DNA of 64,000 nucleotides, taken from contig OX597820.1 of assembly GCA_951406725.2 (NCBI GenBank), forward strand, positions 48,856,001 to 48,920,000, given 5' to 3'. The notes below the pieces were generated by a model. That model saw only the letters and a program-made list of their open reading frames with translations. It searched no databases and had not been told where the DNA came from. Within the stretch, counting starts at the first letter, position 1. Each line of letters opens with the position of its first letter. Below, one piece after another: positions 42,345-56,261 of the stretch. A program made the translations under genes and the position numbers. The stretch comes from Octopus vulgaris. Lineage: Eukaryota.

Positions 42345-42764
42345 ATTTTGTTAAATTTCTGCTGCTTTTAAATAAAGCATATATATATATATTGTATATT
42401 ATATATATACACACATACATGCATGCAGACATACAGAAACGCATACATTCATACACAGGGTTAACGTAAATCTACTCATTTCTAAATATATATGTGCATA
42501 ACTTCATAATTTAAATACCCGCTCACAGAGATACACACGCGCGACTGCACCAGCAGTACGCAGATCAAAACTATATATGATAGAGCAATGAATGTTGGAC
42601 TTTACCGACCACTTGAAGCTACAAGTACAGTATTTCTCAACAGAGTGTCACGATATGACATTAATAGATGAGGGTGTTTTAGTCAGGTTAGATTCATCAA
42701 GTTCCGTTGAGTAGTAATTGGCATTTGGTGTATCGGAGTGAGAAAAGAGATCATAGAAATATTG

Positions 42765-42897
42765 ATGATGATGATGATATCATCATCATCACCACCACCA
42801 AGACCACCATTATCATCATCATCATTATCATCATCAACATCATCGTCATTGTGCGGAAAAAATAGCTGATACTATCATCACAATCATCTTCGTTGTC

Positions 42898-42929
<32 letters not shown>

Positions 42930-43218
42930 TATCCTCATCATAGACATTTTCATCATAATCATAAACCTTGTGAATATCATCATCGTCGTCGTAGTCGTCT
43001 GTGTTTTCATCGTCGTATTTTTCAGTGTTGTTGTCGTCATCATCCTACTCTTCTTCCTTCTCCTCTTCTTCATCACCCTCTTCCGCTTCATATTAATATT
43101 AATCGTATAACTATTATTATCATCCCTATCGCTCTAATTATCAATAAAACTAATATTGGAAAGCTGCTATTGATGCTGTATGTTTCTTAATAAAGAAATA
43201 AGAGAACAACTGCTACTG

Positions 43219-43270
<52 letters not shown>

Positions 43271-43320
43271 AGCTATTGCTGCTGCTGCTACTCCTCCTCC
43301 TCCTCCTCCTACTACTACTA
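42765..43320. repeat. (CAT)n-rich and (CTA)n/(CTG)n low-complexity region
   Basis: Directly visible. Confidence 0.85.
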
Positions 43321-43796
43321 CATTAGCAACAACAATTTTAAGGCATAAAGTGACCGATTCAGAGTAGTCAAGTGAAATTGGATATCATCATGGTTGTCGT
43401 AAAAAAAAAAGATGTTTAATGCAATTGGTTGCATTTATTGGGGAAAAGAATGCAAGAAGATTGGGAATTGGACAATTCGGTTGATGTTCAGATTAATTGT
43501 CGTTTAAAGACAGAGCAAAGAACCGTGCACGATATATATTGACATATTCTTCTCTTTTAATTCCAATACATCGCACCCAATGATTACAAATCGTAGATGT
43601 TTATAACTGTATTTTCCCTTTTGATTGGAATTTTACTGCTTATTTGGACGAACTACTCTTTCGGTGGTAAGAGTTTCTAAAATGAAATATAGAAAATGCG
43701 TGTTATATTTGTTTCATGCTTTTTACGAACACGTAATCTTTACATTTTATTTACTTTTTGCTTTATTATTTCCGAGATATGATGTGTGATAGTGCG

Positions 43797-44003
43797 TAAG
43801 TGTGCTGAAAAAGTTCCTTTCTTTAAGGGTATCACGAAGGGCCTGGTTGGAGGTCCAACCTTCCAATCTCTTTTACAGAAAAGCTGAAGGTCCGCAGCAA
43901 TAAGTGTGTGAATGTGAGAGGGAAATATTTTGAATAAAATCGTAATTAACTGTTTCTCTTGTATTTTCTTTTACCCAAAGCCAGGAACTTTTCAGCACCC
44001 CCT
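43797..44003 (+). mobile_element. Mariner-derived MITE
   Basis: TIRs GTGCTGAAAAAGTTCCT..CTTT / AAAGCCAGGAACTTTTCAGCAC; retains the transposase tail KCVNVRGKYFE*. Confidence 0.8.
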
Positions 44004-45485
44004 CTCATGAATTATGGAGCGATCTTCTTTTTCAATGAAACCAAGTTCAATTGCACTTTGATCCAGACAGGTTGCTACACATCCCGTCGTTCCAATGATA
44101 TCAAGTGTGGAGACGCAGATTTATTTTCCATGCAAAATTTGTAAACTTTTGGTAAGACTTCCGTATAATACTTATTCCAGTTGCATTTATTTTATAGCAT
44201 ATTGGCGTCACATATATGCAGCTGATATTCACAGTAAGGTGACGGCCACAATAGCACATATTCTTAGTTTTGGTCCAGAGAAAATGTCTTTTAATTTGAT
44301 GGTGCAAATTTGTATTTCACCTGCTTCTATCGGCTCAATTATCGGATATCCCTTGCTAGTAAAATATGAAATAAGCATTTTGGCAAGTCGTACGCTTGTT
44401 TCATCGATACGAATGTTTAATTCTATTCAAAGAGAGCTCTTCTACAATGAAAAGGCAGATGTTTCTAGATTCAGAATATCCATTTCTATAAACGCCAAGT
44501 CGTATGAATATTTGAAACAATGAGGTTACCCATAGCGTAATGAGTAGTGCTAGCTTTCATTGCACTGCTGGAAGGTTTTAAAATGTGTTTTTTTTTAAAT
44601 ACCTCGGAGGTTTAACGTAGATTACTCTCTTAGGTGTTGAATTGCCATCAACAGTATTTGCAGAACTAGGTGAACAGCAACGCTTTGATAACCTACCTAT
44701 GTCGTATACTAGGCGGGCTGTCTTATCTTTTCATCTAATTACATAAATTCCTGAAATCATTTTCTGTTTGCTCTTGTTATGTATTATTTTACATAGAAGC
44801 TATTCTGTACTACCACTTAAATTTATTCCCTCTCCACAGAAAGCTTCAGTATTATTGCTGTTGACACATTGATATTTCAAGAAAAGATTGATGTCCCCAT
44901 TCTTTATATTAGAATATATTCTAGTACATAGTAACTTATAACTTCGGGGATTTGTTGGCATAAAAATCTAAGGGTGGGTGGTAGCAATCTCAAAATCTCA
45001 ATCCATATTATGTTATCAAATTTCAGTAAACGAAGTTTCGATTATTAAACCCCAAATCCAGAGATAGGATTAAGGTTTAGGAATTTTCTGTATCATTTTC
45101 ATGTTGGTTTTGTTCGGAGAGATACAGGCGAATAACCTTAAAATTTCCGAGAATATCTGTCTGTCACGTTCGTGTTGCAATGAGGTTATGGCGCATAGGA
45201 AGGGATTAAGAGTTTCATATGCTTCTTATATAAGTTTTTAACTGAAAATACTTTAGGTAATTTTCCACTGCTTCCTACACCATATGTTTTATTTGTAAGA
45301 AGCTTCTGTTGTATGTTGACGATTAAGTTTACAGTCATTCTTTATTTTGGAATTTTCTTTTCCATTTGATTATTATAATTCTGCAATTTTATCTCAAGGG
45401 ACATATTCAGTTACTTATGGGGAGTTTCCAGTGATGTGTATGTTCATTTATGTGTGGGTATGTTAATATATTTGTTACGTTCAAA

Positions 45486-45665
45486 GGCAGTAGGCTGGCG
45501 GAATCGGTAGTACTCTGGATAAAATGTTCTGCGGCATTTCGTCCGTCTTTACGCTGAGTTCAAATTCCGCCGAGGTTGGCTTTCAGTTTTATCATTTCGT
45601 GGTCGATAAAACAAAAACTAACCAAGAATTCGAGTAGTTGTAATCGATTAACACTGAACCCACAT
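45486..45665 (+). mobile_element. tRNA-derived SINE, family 2
   Basis: TGGCGGAATCGGTAG A-box; GAGTTCAAATTCCGCCGAGG B-box. Confidence 0.85.
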
Positions 45666-45750
45666 ATTTCAGATCTAGTGCATAATGCAGAAACATATTT
45701 ATTTGCTATGTTTAGATGCAGTTATTGAAATCTAAATTTACAAATTTATT

Positions 45751-46167
45751 AGCGAGCTGGCAGAATCGTTAGCACGCCTGGCAAAATACTTAACGGTATT
45801 TCATCAGCCGCTACGTTCTGAGTTCAAATTCTGCCGAGATCGAATTTGCCTTTCATCCTTTCGGGGTCGATTAAATAAATACCAGTTATGCACTGGGGTG
45901 GATATAATCGACTTAATCCGTCTGTCTGTCGTTGTTTGTCCTCTCTGTGTTTAGCCCCTTGTGGGTAGTAAAGAAATAGGTATTTCGTCTGCCGCTACGT
46001 TCTGAGTTCAAATTCCGCCGAGTTCGACTTTGCCTTTCATCATTTCAGGGTCGATTAAATAAGTACCAGTTACGCACTGGATTCGATATAATCGACTTAA
46101 TCCGTTTGTCTATCCTTGTTTGTCCCCACTGTGTGTAGCCCCATGTGAGCAGTAAAGAAATAAGAAA
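45751..46167 (+). mobile_element. SINE family 2 with tandemly duplicated body
   Basis: GCGAGCTGGCAGAATCGTTAGC head; the GGTATTTC..AGTAAAGAAATA segment occurs twice. Confidence 0.9.
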
Positions 46168-46224
46168 TACATGTACAGACACACGCATTTTATGTGCATG
46201 TATGCTCTAATGTTACTTCGACTA

Positions 46225-46262
46225 AATGCTATTTAGTCACTGTACCGTGACTAAATAGCATT
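46225..46262. other. Perfect 16-bp hairpin
   Basis: AATGCTATTTAGTCAC-TGTACC-GTGACTAAATAGCATT. Confidence 0.85.
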
Positions 46263-46314
46263 ATGCAGCGACTAACTGTAAGCAAATAACGGAGGGAGAG
46301 CGCTAGGCACGAAT

Positions 46315-46738
46315 TGTAGAAATGTAATGTTATTACCAGTTCAAATAAGCGTGTTTGGACTCGTAAATAAACCATTCACAGTGTTTTGTCATGGAGAAAA
46401 TTTCTCGCTGTAGTCAGAAGGCTGTTGATACACCAACATCAGTTCGCAGTGTCACCTACTTACACTGTGATAATGAAGCATTTCAGAGTATTTATCTCCT
46501 CTTCGATCCCCGACACTACTCAGGGTGCCTAGTGTCTGTGACGGAAGAGTAGATAACAATTCAGAAATGCTTGCATCCCAGTCTTAATAGGTGACGCTGC
46601 GAACCGATATTAGGTTACTAACACCATTCTGTCTACAGCGAGAAAGTTTCTCCTTGATAAAACTCGGTGAATGGTTTAGTTACGAGTCCAAACGTGCCGC
46701 ACGCATATTTAAACTGGTAATGACATTACATATCTACA
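46315..46738. mobile_element. ~420-bp fully palindromic MITE-like element
   Basis: TGTAATGTTATTACCAGTT..TTTGGACTCGTAAATAAACCATTCAC..TTTCTCGCTGTAG..TTCGCAGTGTCACCTA..AAGCATTTC..GACACTA, mirrored around about 46526. Confidence 0.8.
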
Positions 46739-46843
46739 TTATAGGCACATATATGAATATAAATCTTTATTGATAAAAACATAGACACAGATACGCTAAC
46801 AGTGCCAACAACACACAAGCAACCATTTCTCCCTCTCTCTCCT

Positions 46844-46917
<74 letters not shown>

Positions 46918-48341
46918 AATATAGGTAAATATATAGTTAGAACGGATAGATAGACAGGAAGAGAGAAATAGAGAGAGAGAGAGAAAGAAGTTTGGGGAGA
47001 TTGTCAGATAGACAAGATTTTTGAAAATTTGATGTGTCATACAAGGGAGCATGACCAAAATCGTGGTACTTAAAATCTAGTGTTAAGATTTTTTGACTTT
47101 CAAAATGACTTGTGGTTACCCAGTATTAATGTAAACTTTAAATGAATGTAATATACTATATGTAAGTGCATCATAATATGAAATTTGTAAAATCCCCCAA
47201 ATATGTAAAACATTTTACATATAGCACAATCATATAATTCTACCTCACATATTTGTGATATATACGTTCTAGCTGAGACGCAGCATTAAGTTCACCAAAG
47301 AATTGTTTGGAAATACATTAGTAATAAGTGCCTTTTTATACCAGTCTGTAAACGGTTTCCTTTAAAATACTGTGCCGTGTAGAGATGAGAAAAACTTAAT
47401 ACTACAGCAAAGAAACACAAACAAGCCACCGACGAAACAAAGAAAGGAACGAAACAGAAATATAATATAATATAATATTACACACACACGCACACACATA
47501 CATATATAAAAGTAATTTAATCAAAAATATTTTGTGGTAAAAAGTCAACATCGAGAAGTAAAAGAAAATAAATACAGTAAATACAAATATTCTGGAATAT
47601 TTTCAGGTTCAATTGGTAAGTCGGCAAAAAAATTACGCTAACTAGACGTTAATGCGACACAAATATTAATCCGTTAGTTTGAATACCTGCCAGTGAATTT
47701 CAAACTTGAGTGGAACGCAGAGTTAGTTTTGAAGTGTAGTGTTTATATTAAGAAGGTGGATCGTGTGATGGATGTTGATGGGGCTGCGTTAGAAAATTTT
47801 TCGTCAGCATCTGTAGAATTTAACAGTATTAAGAACTCAAGCGAATCGACAAGATGGTGGCATTGATTGCTGGTAATGCTGATGGTGGTGATGCCGATGC
47901 TGGTGCTGGGTTTTCAGAAATGCTGAAGATGAGTGAGCTGGTGAAGAAGAATGACGGTTATGGTAGGGACGGTGCGAAATTGTACTCAGTGAGCAGATAT
48001 TTTCTGTCAAAAGGCATTTTCGTTGGCTTTTAAATCTGATTGTGTTTCTCAAGAATAATTTCTTCAGCTGTACTCTAATATTATCTTTCTCATCACATTA
48101 CATAGCTCTATCTCTTACACTTTTTTCGCTTCTCTCTCTTTCTACGCCCTTTCTCACTCTCTCTAAACTCTCTTCATTTCTCCCTCTGTCATTCTGTTTC
48201 TCTGTCCCTGTCAATGTCTCTGTGCTTCTTAGCCTCTCTTTTTTCCTCTCTCTCTCTCTCTCCTAGTTTCTTTCCGTCATCATTTGTGCATTACACATAT
48301 ATTTCCAATATTTGTGCATTCACTTGCCGCTCATTTTGTAT

Positions 48342-48431
<90 letters not shown>

Positions 48432-48531
48432 GTCTGTATGTCTATCTATCTATCTATCTACCTATCTACGCACACACATATACACACATGTATACATATA
48501 TATATCGATCTGTTTACCTACCCTTTATATG

Positions 48532-48578
<47 letters not shown>

Positions 48579-48605
48579 TTCATATATACATACATATATA
48601 CATAC

Positions 48606-48664
<59 letters not shown>

Positions 48665-49222
48665 TACATAGATGTATGTATACATATATATATATATATA
48701 GGTACATATCTGTTTTCCCTCGAACTACTTTCTCAATAACTCTATGCGTGTGAATATATGTATATATATATATTTATATACATATATATTGACAGAGAGA
48801 GAGAGAAAGAGAAGGAGAGAGATAAATAAATAGAGAGATATTTACGTATATATGGATATAGTTGTATTTCTATGCATATCACAAATATAGTTTCTTATTG
48901 TATATTCTCTTCAATTCATTTAATTCATGTCTTGTTCTACTTTGCCAATCTCTGTTTTACTGCAATGTGTTCCCTGTATTATTCAACCGTTACACAAATT
49001 GCACACACCCAAGCACACATGCGAGCACACACACGCACATATATCTTTACACCCTCCCAATTTTACCTATTTTGTATTATCCTTCTCATTTAACGTGTTC
49101 CTCCTTGTCGGTTTCGTCAGCGCACTTTGCCTTTAGGCTGCCTAAGTATCTTTACTCCTGTTTTTCATGTCTTACATCCTCTCATTTTTCTTCTTGTCAA
49201 ATCGTCTATTATATTGTTGCTG

Positions 49223-49296
<74 letters not shown>

Positions 49297-49633
49297 GAGT
49301 GAGAGAGCAGTGCATGCTATCAAAGTGACACTGGGGTAAAATATACGAAGCCCAGTATACCCATCATGACTACCCGTCTGATAAGGGTACACCAGGCACA
49401 TGCATCACAACCATATGTGCGCGACATGGTGATCTCATATCAAGAGGAACAGCGCATGACCTTGCAGGTGGGGCCCAGTTAGAATTTTCTTCTGGTCGAG
49501 TAGCCCATCACGCTCAAAAGGTCCCTGAATAAGGATTCTTTAAGGATGTTGAACGAATCACCCATGTTTCCAAAAGTGAATTATCCAAACCTCCAAGAAT
49601 TCCTTTTAACACATGGCTATGATGCTCCCCCAC
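49297..49633 (-). mobile_element. Short non-coding element inserted in (TAA)n
   Basis: 337-bp GC-richer island with long (ATT)n directly on both sides. Orientation is tentative. Confidence 0.6.
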
Positions 49634-49708
<75 letters not shown>

Positions 49709-49770
49709 TTATTGCTACACATATTTATATATATTTAAGTATATTATGGTATAGACCTTACATATACAGA

Positions 49771-49892
49771 CCCTCTGTATATCAAATATGAGTGAGTATA
49801 TCCCCTCCACACACACTCAGACAAACCCATGCCCTCTGTATATCAAATATGAGTGAGTATATCCCCTCCACACACACTCAGACAAACCCATG
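49771..49892. repeat. Perfect 61-bp tandem duplication
   Basis: CCCTCTGTATATCAAATATGAGTGAG...CAGACAAACCCATG twice. Confidence 0.95.
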
Positions 49893-50223
49893 CATTTATT
49901 TTACATAGCATTTCCTCCATGTTCCTTTCTTATACTTCGCATCCTCACCGTTTTCGATCTCAAAAGAAAATTCATTATTTAGTTCTCAGATTCTAAAATA
50001 AAACAAAAAGCAAATCCGGCTGCAATGTCCATTTTTTCTGGCTTATTTTCACTTTTTATCTGTATTTCTCTTACCCTCTTTCTCTCTCTCTCCCCCTCTC
50101 TCTATCCCTCTCTAATCTTGGAATAAAACAGTTTCCGTAAAATATATGGCATTTCACAAATCTGATATATAGATAAATATTGATATAAAGAGTTGAATAC
50201 ACGTAGATCAGCACAAACACTCA

Positions 50224-50328
50224 CATACAATAACGCGCGTGCACACACACACACACACACACACATACAATACCGCGCGTGCACACACACACATACAATA
50301 CCGCGCGTGCACACACACACACACACGC
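50224..50328. repeat. Minisatellite ATACAATA(A/C)CGCGCGTG(CA)n x3
   Basis: Directly visible. Confidence 0.85.
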
Positions 50329-53234
50329 ACTTCATGAATGATTTATAATAGTGTTTAGTTGAGGTTTAGAGTCTAGCAGTGAGAATATGAGAGTTATTGC
50401 AAAATGATGCATCATATGAGCAACGGTTGATCCTTGATGGAGACGTTTCTTTGTGTGAAGAGTACTCACTGCTGTTGTCGGCAAGACAAGAGGCAGCTAT
50501 TGATTGAATCCATTATCAGTTTCGTGTTGATTTAGTATTCATCTGTGTTGGACAGCCATTTTGTTGTTGCAGACTAGGATATTGGTGTCTATTAGTAACA
50601 TGTTTGCAAATATATGTAATCGCATTAGCATGTTTTTTTAAAAATATTTTTGTTGTAGAGAGTATTAATTTCTGAGGTCATCGATATAGCCTCTCAAAGA
50701 TTCTCAATCGACTCATATATTGCAATACAGGTATAACTTCAGTTTTGCGGAACCTTTAATTCAAAATCTTTCTAAGTTACAGATGTTACCGAACCGGTGC
50801 TGACAGTGTCTTAATCGAACAATTATTACATTTACATAAATAGTTAACTGAAACATATGTACCTGTACTCTTGCATACACGAAACAAGTTTATGTATACA
50901 ATATTGTGTAAGGCACGTTGAATTGCAGCCACCCAATAAACCAGTCTAGTGCCGCAAGAATCTGAAGTTCCTGTTCGTAGACTAGTACAGTTTTTAAGAA
51001 TTCCCATACAATCAGTTTCCGGAAAGTGATTGTTTCACCTATATTCCTATTTACTATTATTATTGATGCGTAGGGCAGATAAAACGTACACTTGAACATT
51101 CCGACTAATCGCCAACGCTTTAATATGCATAAATAGACATACTGGCAATATACATAAAGAGGCAGCTGCTTACTGAGGTTTTTATGCCCAAATGCATCTA
51201 AATGGAGGAATATTACTTTCATTATTTAATCGAATGTCTTCACATTGATTCTCATTGAGCGAATCAATGATAAAAGGCGGTATGCCCTTCACCAGACACA
51301 TTGGATGTTTTAGACACAGTTAATGTAATACTCTAAGACAGAGTATAAGGGCTATTTCCAGCATGTTGAGAGGCCAAGTAGAGGCTTCCTTGCTGCTTTG
51401 TAATTCTAATAGACATATAGAGAGTTAATTCATGGGGAAGAAGACTGCAAAGTTAGATTTATTGTTCACAATGTATAGTAATATCACTTTTCTTTTTACT
51501 GTTGCAAGTTTGTAGGTTCGAAATAGTGAGTAGCATCTGGTATGTGAGGCAATTTGTTAAATTGAATGGATTCAGTCAAATTGGAATTGAAGATTATAAA
51601 GGCAATATTGCAATAGATGAGAGACGTTGAGCTTAAGAATGGAGAATCGTAGAAAATATCACAATTTCCATACATTTGGATGGATTTTATAAAACAAAAT
51701 AATATTTACAGAGTATTTCAACGGAGCAACGAACTGTTTAAACCAGTCAGTTATCTTGTTGGCCTTTAGATATTGGAGTTGTCATTGCAGTTTCTGCTTA
51801 GCTCCAGGTCTTGCGGGGTATTTCCTTTACGACTGTCCAATATTATCCAATCCGTCCTTCATTTTTAGGCAGAGAAATAGTGACATAAGAAGAAAATGTG
51901 GTTCCAATTTATGTTTACACTCAGGCTAATCTTAAAGAAACAATCGTTTTAATAAAGTCGTTCCAAACATGATCCATCTGTCTGCTTAAACGTATCTAGA
52001 ATTACATTATTGAATATCTCCTCTCCAGTTTGAAAATTGCCGGGCGTGATTTGACGGAGATTTGGTTTCTGTCTGCTGTTTCTATCATTTCTATAATGTC
52101 AACGCAGCGCTAATTCGTTGTCTCGCGATCCGAAATTTTTTTTTGCCGTGAGAATTGAGCACATGTATTTTTGATAAATACCTTGGAGAGGAAGAATAGT
52201 TCAGAGCAGATTGCTTGCGTGGGGAGAGTTTGTAGATTCGAAGGAACAACAGGCAGAAAAGAATTTACCAACAAGGACACTTTATATATAGTTAAGAATT
52301 TAAGATTAAAATTTAGATTTCTGTAAAATTAATAGAGAACACTTTATGCAAATACTGACAGGTCCACAATATTGCAAAGTATACGAGTTATGATAATGTA
52401 TTTTGTTCCTTAACAGTGTTTATTATGCAGCCTTCAAATAATAATGCACGGTAATCAGTAATGTGCTGCCTTGAAAGGCAAACTAATCGGATAATCCGAT
52501 GAAGATAGTGGCAGTAATAATTTCCAAATGCGTTGAAAAGTGAAATAAAATATAAGAAAAATATTTCAACAGTCATTGTGTTTGTTGTCTAGGGATACTG
52601 GTAGGAAAGGATATTAAATGATGTTGACAGGAATGATTGGCAAAAAATCCAGCTTCCATATTCGATTTGTCGTTAGACCATAGTGGAATGAAGTTTGCAG
52701 TGATGAAAATATTTACACAGATGTACGTATTGAGACTTCTTCAGTGAAGTTAAAATACACGTAGAGGTTGGATGTATTTGGACAGAATAAGCAGAGAGTA
52801 ATGAGTAAGTGTGCTTTGAGCCAGGGTAACTGATTCGTGGTTGTCCTGGTAATAGTGATGAATGGTAAGTTGATTTCAAGTATAAAAATAGAATTTTCCA
52901 TCTCTATATCTATTTTCTATATCTGTCTCTCTATCTTTAACTGTCATTTATTCTTTTTCTTTTGACGTTTTGTGCATTTCGTAGTCAACCTCAAAAGTTT
53001 ATCTAGCATTATATCTTCAAGTGTATACATTCAGATGTATACAAACACACACACACACACACACACACACATTTATAAATGATACAAAGTTTAGCATATT
53101 ACAAAGAGGAGATAAGAAAATACTAAGCGTGTTATGTTGACGGCTAGGAAAATTATAAATACACATGCATACACAACTGTGTGTGCGCGCGCGCGCGTAT
53201 GTGTGTTTGTGTGTGTGTGTGTTTATTTATATAT

Positions 53235-53527
53235 GGTAGTAGTCTACGCCTTACACAGTCTGACCTTCTCTTGCACTTACACCTTAGATCTATCATGGCG
53301 TCTGATGTGGCTTTTTAAACCAATGTTTGAAAAGACACCCACAAAGATTGCATATCTGATTTGGACCACCAAGAACTGCAATTAAATTCTAATGTTTGTG
53401 GATCATAAAATGTCTCTTGAAGTCTCCGTTGGATTTGCAGACATATGGCATACACGGCATTGGCAATTTTGTACAGATATATAGGCAGCATAATTGAGTG
53501 AAGGTTGGTTTCTAATGGGTCTGCAAA
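53235..53527 (-). mobile_element. RTE-type LINE 3' end with two decayed C2H2-like fingers
   Basis: Minus strand, with frameshifts: CRVC..CKSNGDFKRHFMIH and CNLCGCLFK..GLKSHIRRHDRSKV*. Confidence 0.65.
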
Positions 53528-53745
53528 TGAGATTTGAATCCAGCAAAGACTGAAATTCAAAACCGGTTTCTACTCCCCTCATTAGGGAACACTTATACGC
53601 TGACGATTGCGATCTCGTCAGTCACTCAGAATCAGGCCTGCAAACTCTTGTATCTGCATTTGACTCAGCTTCTGATGATTTTGGCTTGACCAACAACTTG
53701 GAAATAACAGTCGTAATGTATCAACCTGCATGTGGTGCTGTTTGC
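53528..53745 (+). mobile_element. RTE-clade reverse transcriptase fragment
   Basis: QRLKFKT..LIREHLYADDCDLVSHSESGLQTLVSAFDSASDDFGLTNNLEITVVMYQPA; YADD at 53596-53607. Confidence 0.9.
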
Positions 53746-53764
53746 AATACAAGATTTTCGTTAT

Positions 53765-53827
<63 letters not shown>

Positions 53828-53839
53828 TAAACACGTATA

Positions 53840-54075
53840 TTTCTTATTTCTTTATTGCCCACAAGGGGCTAAACATAGAGGGGACAAACAAGGACAGACA
53901 AAGGGATCAAGTCGATTACATCGACCCCACTGCGTAACTGGTACTTAATTTATCGACCCCGAAAGGATGAAAGGCAAAGTCGACCTCGGCGGAATTTGAA
54001 CTTAGAACGTAGCGGCAGACGAAATACGGCTACGCATTTCGCCCGGCGTGCTAACGTTTCTGCCAGCTCGCCGCC
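53840..54075 (-). mobile_element. Young full-length SINE family 2
   Basis: Reverse complement of the 45751 element; CpG-rich. Confidence 0.92.
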
Positions 54076-55369
54076 TTATGGGCGTATATTTATTTACATA
54101 TGTACATATATGTGATTTTAATTCATATAGTTTGCAAATCTTTATGTAATACCAAATAAAAGGAAAATAATAAAGAACAGATAACATGACATGACATATT
54201 GCATTCTTTTAGAAACAAGCTAGTAAGAATACCTCTGACTTCTGCTCCTTCCTTTTCATTTGCATGGCGTTTGCAATTGCTCATGGAATTCTCTTCTCAT
54301 ATGTTGTCCCATGAATGTAGGCTATGTTACGAAACTATCAAGAGATTTATCTCTGCTAATATCTTCAATATATCTCTAGAGAGAACCGCTAGTGTAATTC
54401 ACAAAGTGATTATATCTCTCCACAATTAATAGCCTTATTGTGGAAAAAATATAGCGATTGAGTAGGCAATATTGTATAACGAATTTTTAAAAGTGTTTAA
54501 AGTTAGTAAACATCTATAGAATCGTCATGATATTGTTGGCATATCAGTCAGAACATAGAACTGTTGAACTCAACTATTTAAAAATAGTTATTATTATCAT
54601 AATCAATACTCCGGCAATTCAAATGCTACGGTCTTTAAAAACAGAGCATACATGTGATACTATAACCTAGATATTCTACGTTTTGATAAAATATAGTTTC
54701 AGATAGAATTATTTATCTCATCTTATGTCATCATCTCACAACCTAAGCAACCTAATTAGACACAAAGTCGGCAAATCAAGATGTAAGATTTGGAAGAAAT
54801 ACAATAATATACAGTTCTCGAACTGGAGAAAATAGTATTGACAAATGCATATAATTCATAGAGTTGAAAGCAATGATTGCTGTCAGAGAGAGAAATGGAA
54901 CATTTTACATGGGTCTCCATAATTCATGGAAACCTAAACCGCGGCAATGAAACATATGCCCTGTGAATACAACCATTGCTTAATAAAGTAACACAAAACA
55001 TATAATGATACTCTATCATATCTGATACATATAACCCATACCGCACACATGAAGTGTTTTACTTAACACTTACTACTTATGTGCTATACAATAAAAAATA
55101 TGCAAAATCCTACAGAGTATATGTTGTGCTCTATCAGCAGTCGGCATTATGTCAACAATCATAGGTCATGTAATATATAAGCTGTATAATAACCATCAAA
55201 GAATAATAACAAATCACATATCGCATATTTTATGAATCGTTAAAGCAATGACAGAAACAACACCAACCCATGAACAATCTCTGATGGTATTAGCTGAATA
55301 CACCTCACTAAACCTTCTTCTCCATCGCAAAATGCACGATGCTGTGGAAGTAATATCTATTTTAATTTT

Positions 55370-55545
55370 GGAACAAGGCCACCAGTTTTGAGGAGAATTG
55401 AATATAGATTATATCTATCATAGTGCTCTACTGGTACTTATTTTAATGACGCGGGAAGTCGACATCCGTGGCATTTGAAATCAGAACGCAAAGTGCTAAC
55501 TGAAAAGGGTGCGAAACATTTTGTCCGGCGCAGAAACGATTCAAA
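55370..55545 (-). mobile_element. Degenerate SINE family 2-related copy
   Basis: CTGGTACTTATTTT..AAGTCGACATCCGTGGCATTTGAAATCAGAACG. Confidence 0.65.
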
Positions 55546-56182
55546 CATGTCGCTTGTTGAGCTACAAGAATAACATTCAAAATAATTATAATTGTGGTAC
55601 ATATGTACATATTGGAGGTTATTGTCTCAGTATATTACCAAAATTGAAGACTGAATAACTTGAAAAAAATTGTTTTGCTCCGTGCTTGTCAGTAATACGA
55701 AATCAATGGTCTATCTTGGTGGCTACGACAGTGTCTGATTAATAGCTGATATAATAAACACGTGGTAAACATGTGGTTTTGGGTGATAATCCATACTGAC
55801 TACCGGTACTAAATATACATTTTGAGGACCATAAATAGTTACACGAACGAAAGCAACCAAAACAAAAAAAATTAAAGCACTCAAACAAAAATGAAAGATC
55901 AGACATTATCGCAGATTTTATTTCCCAAGTGTCTATCATTTAAAAATAAACCGAGGTATATTTTGATAGTAATGGGTCCTTGAATGTTTAATAGATAAGA
56001 AAATAAGATCACATTCTGAAACACACATATACACGCACACATATATACACACGCGTTCTCACACACACAAATTTATATATGTGTGTGTATATACATATAT
56101 ATGAGTATACACATCCATATATATGTATATATGTGTGTATATATATATATATATGATATGTGTGTGTACACATCCATATATG

Positions 56183-56261
<79 letters not shown>

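Larger units (their letters stand above)
42181..42382. repeat. Near-perfect 89-bp-arm inverted repeat carrying two divergent HHRs
   Basis: 42181-42269 vs 42294-42382, few mismatches, 24-nt spacer. Confidence 0.93.

Noticed and set aside
44095-44523. 142-aa non-repetitive ORF
   Set aside because: No recognisable motif, splice context or codon bias.
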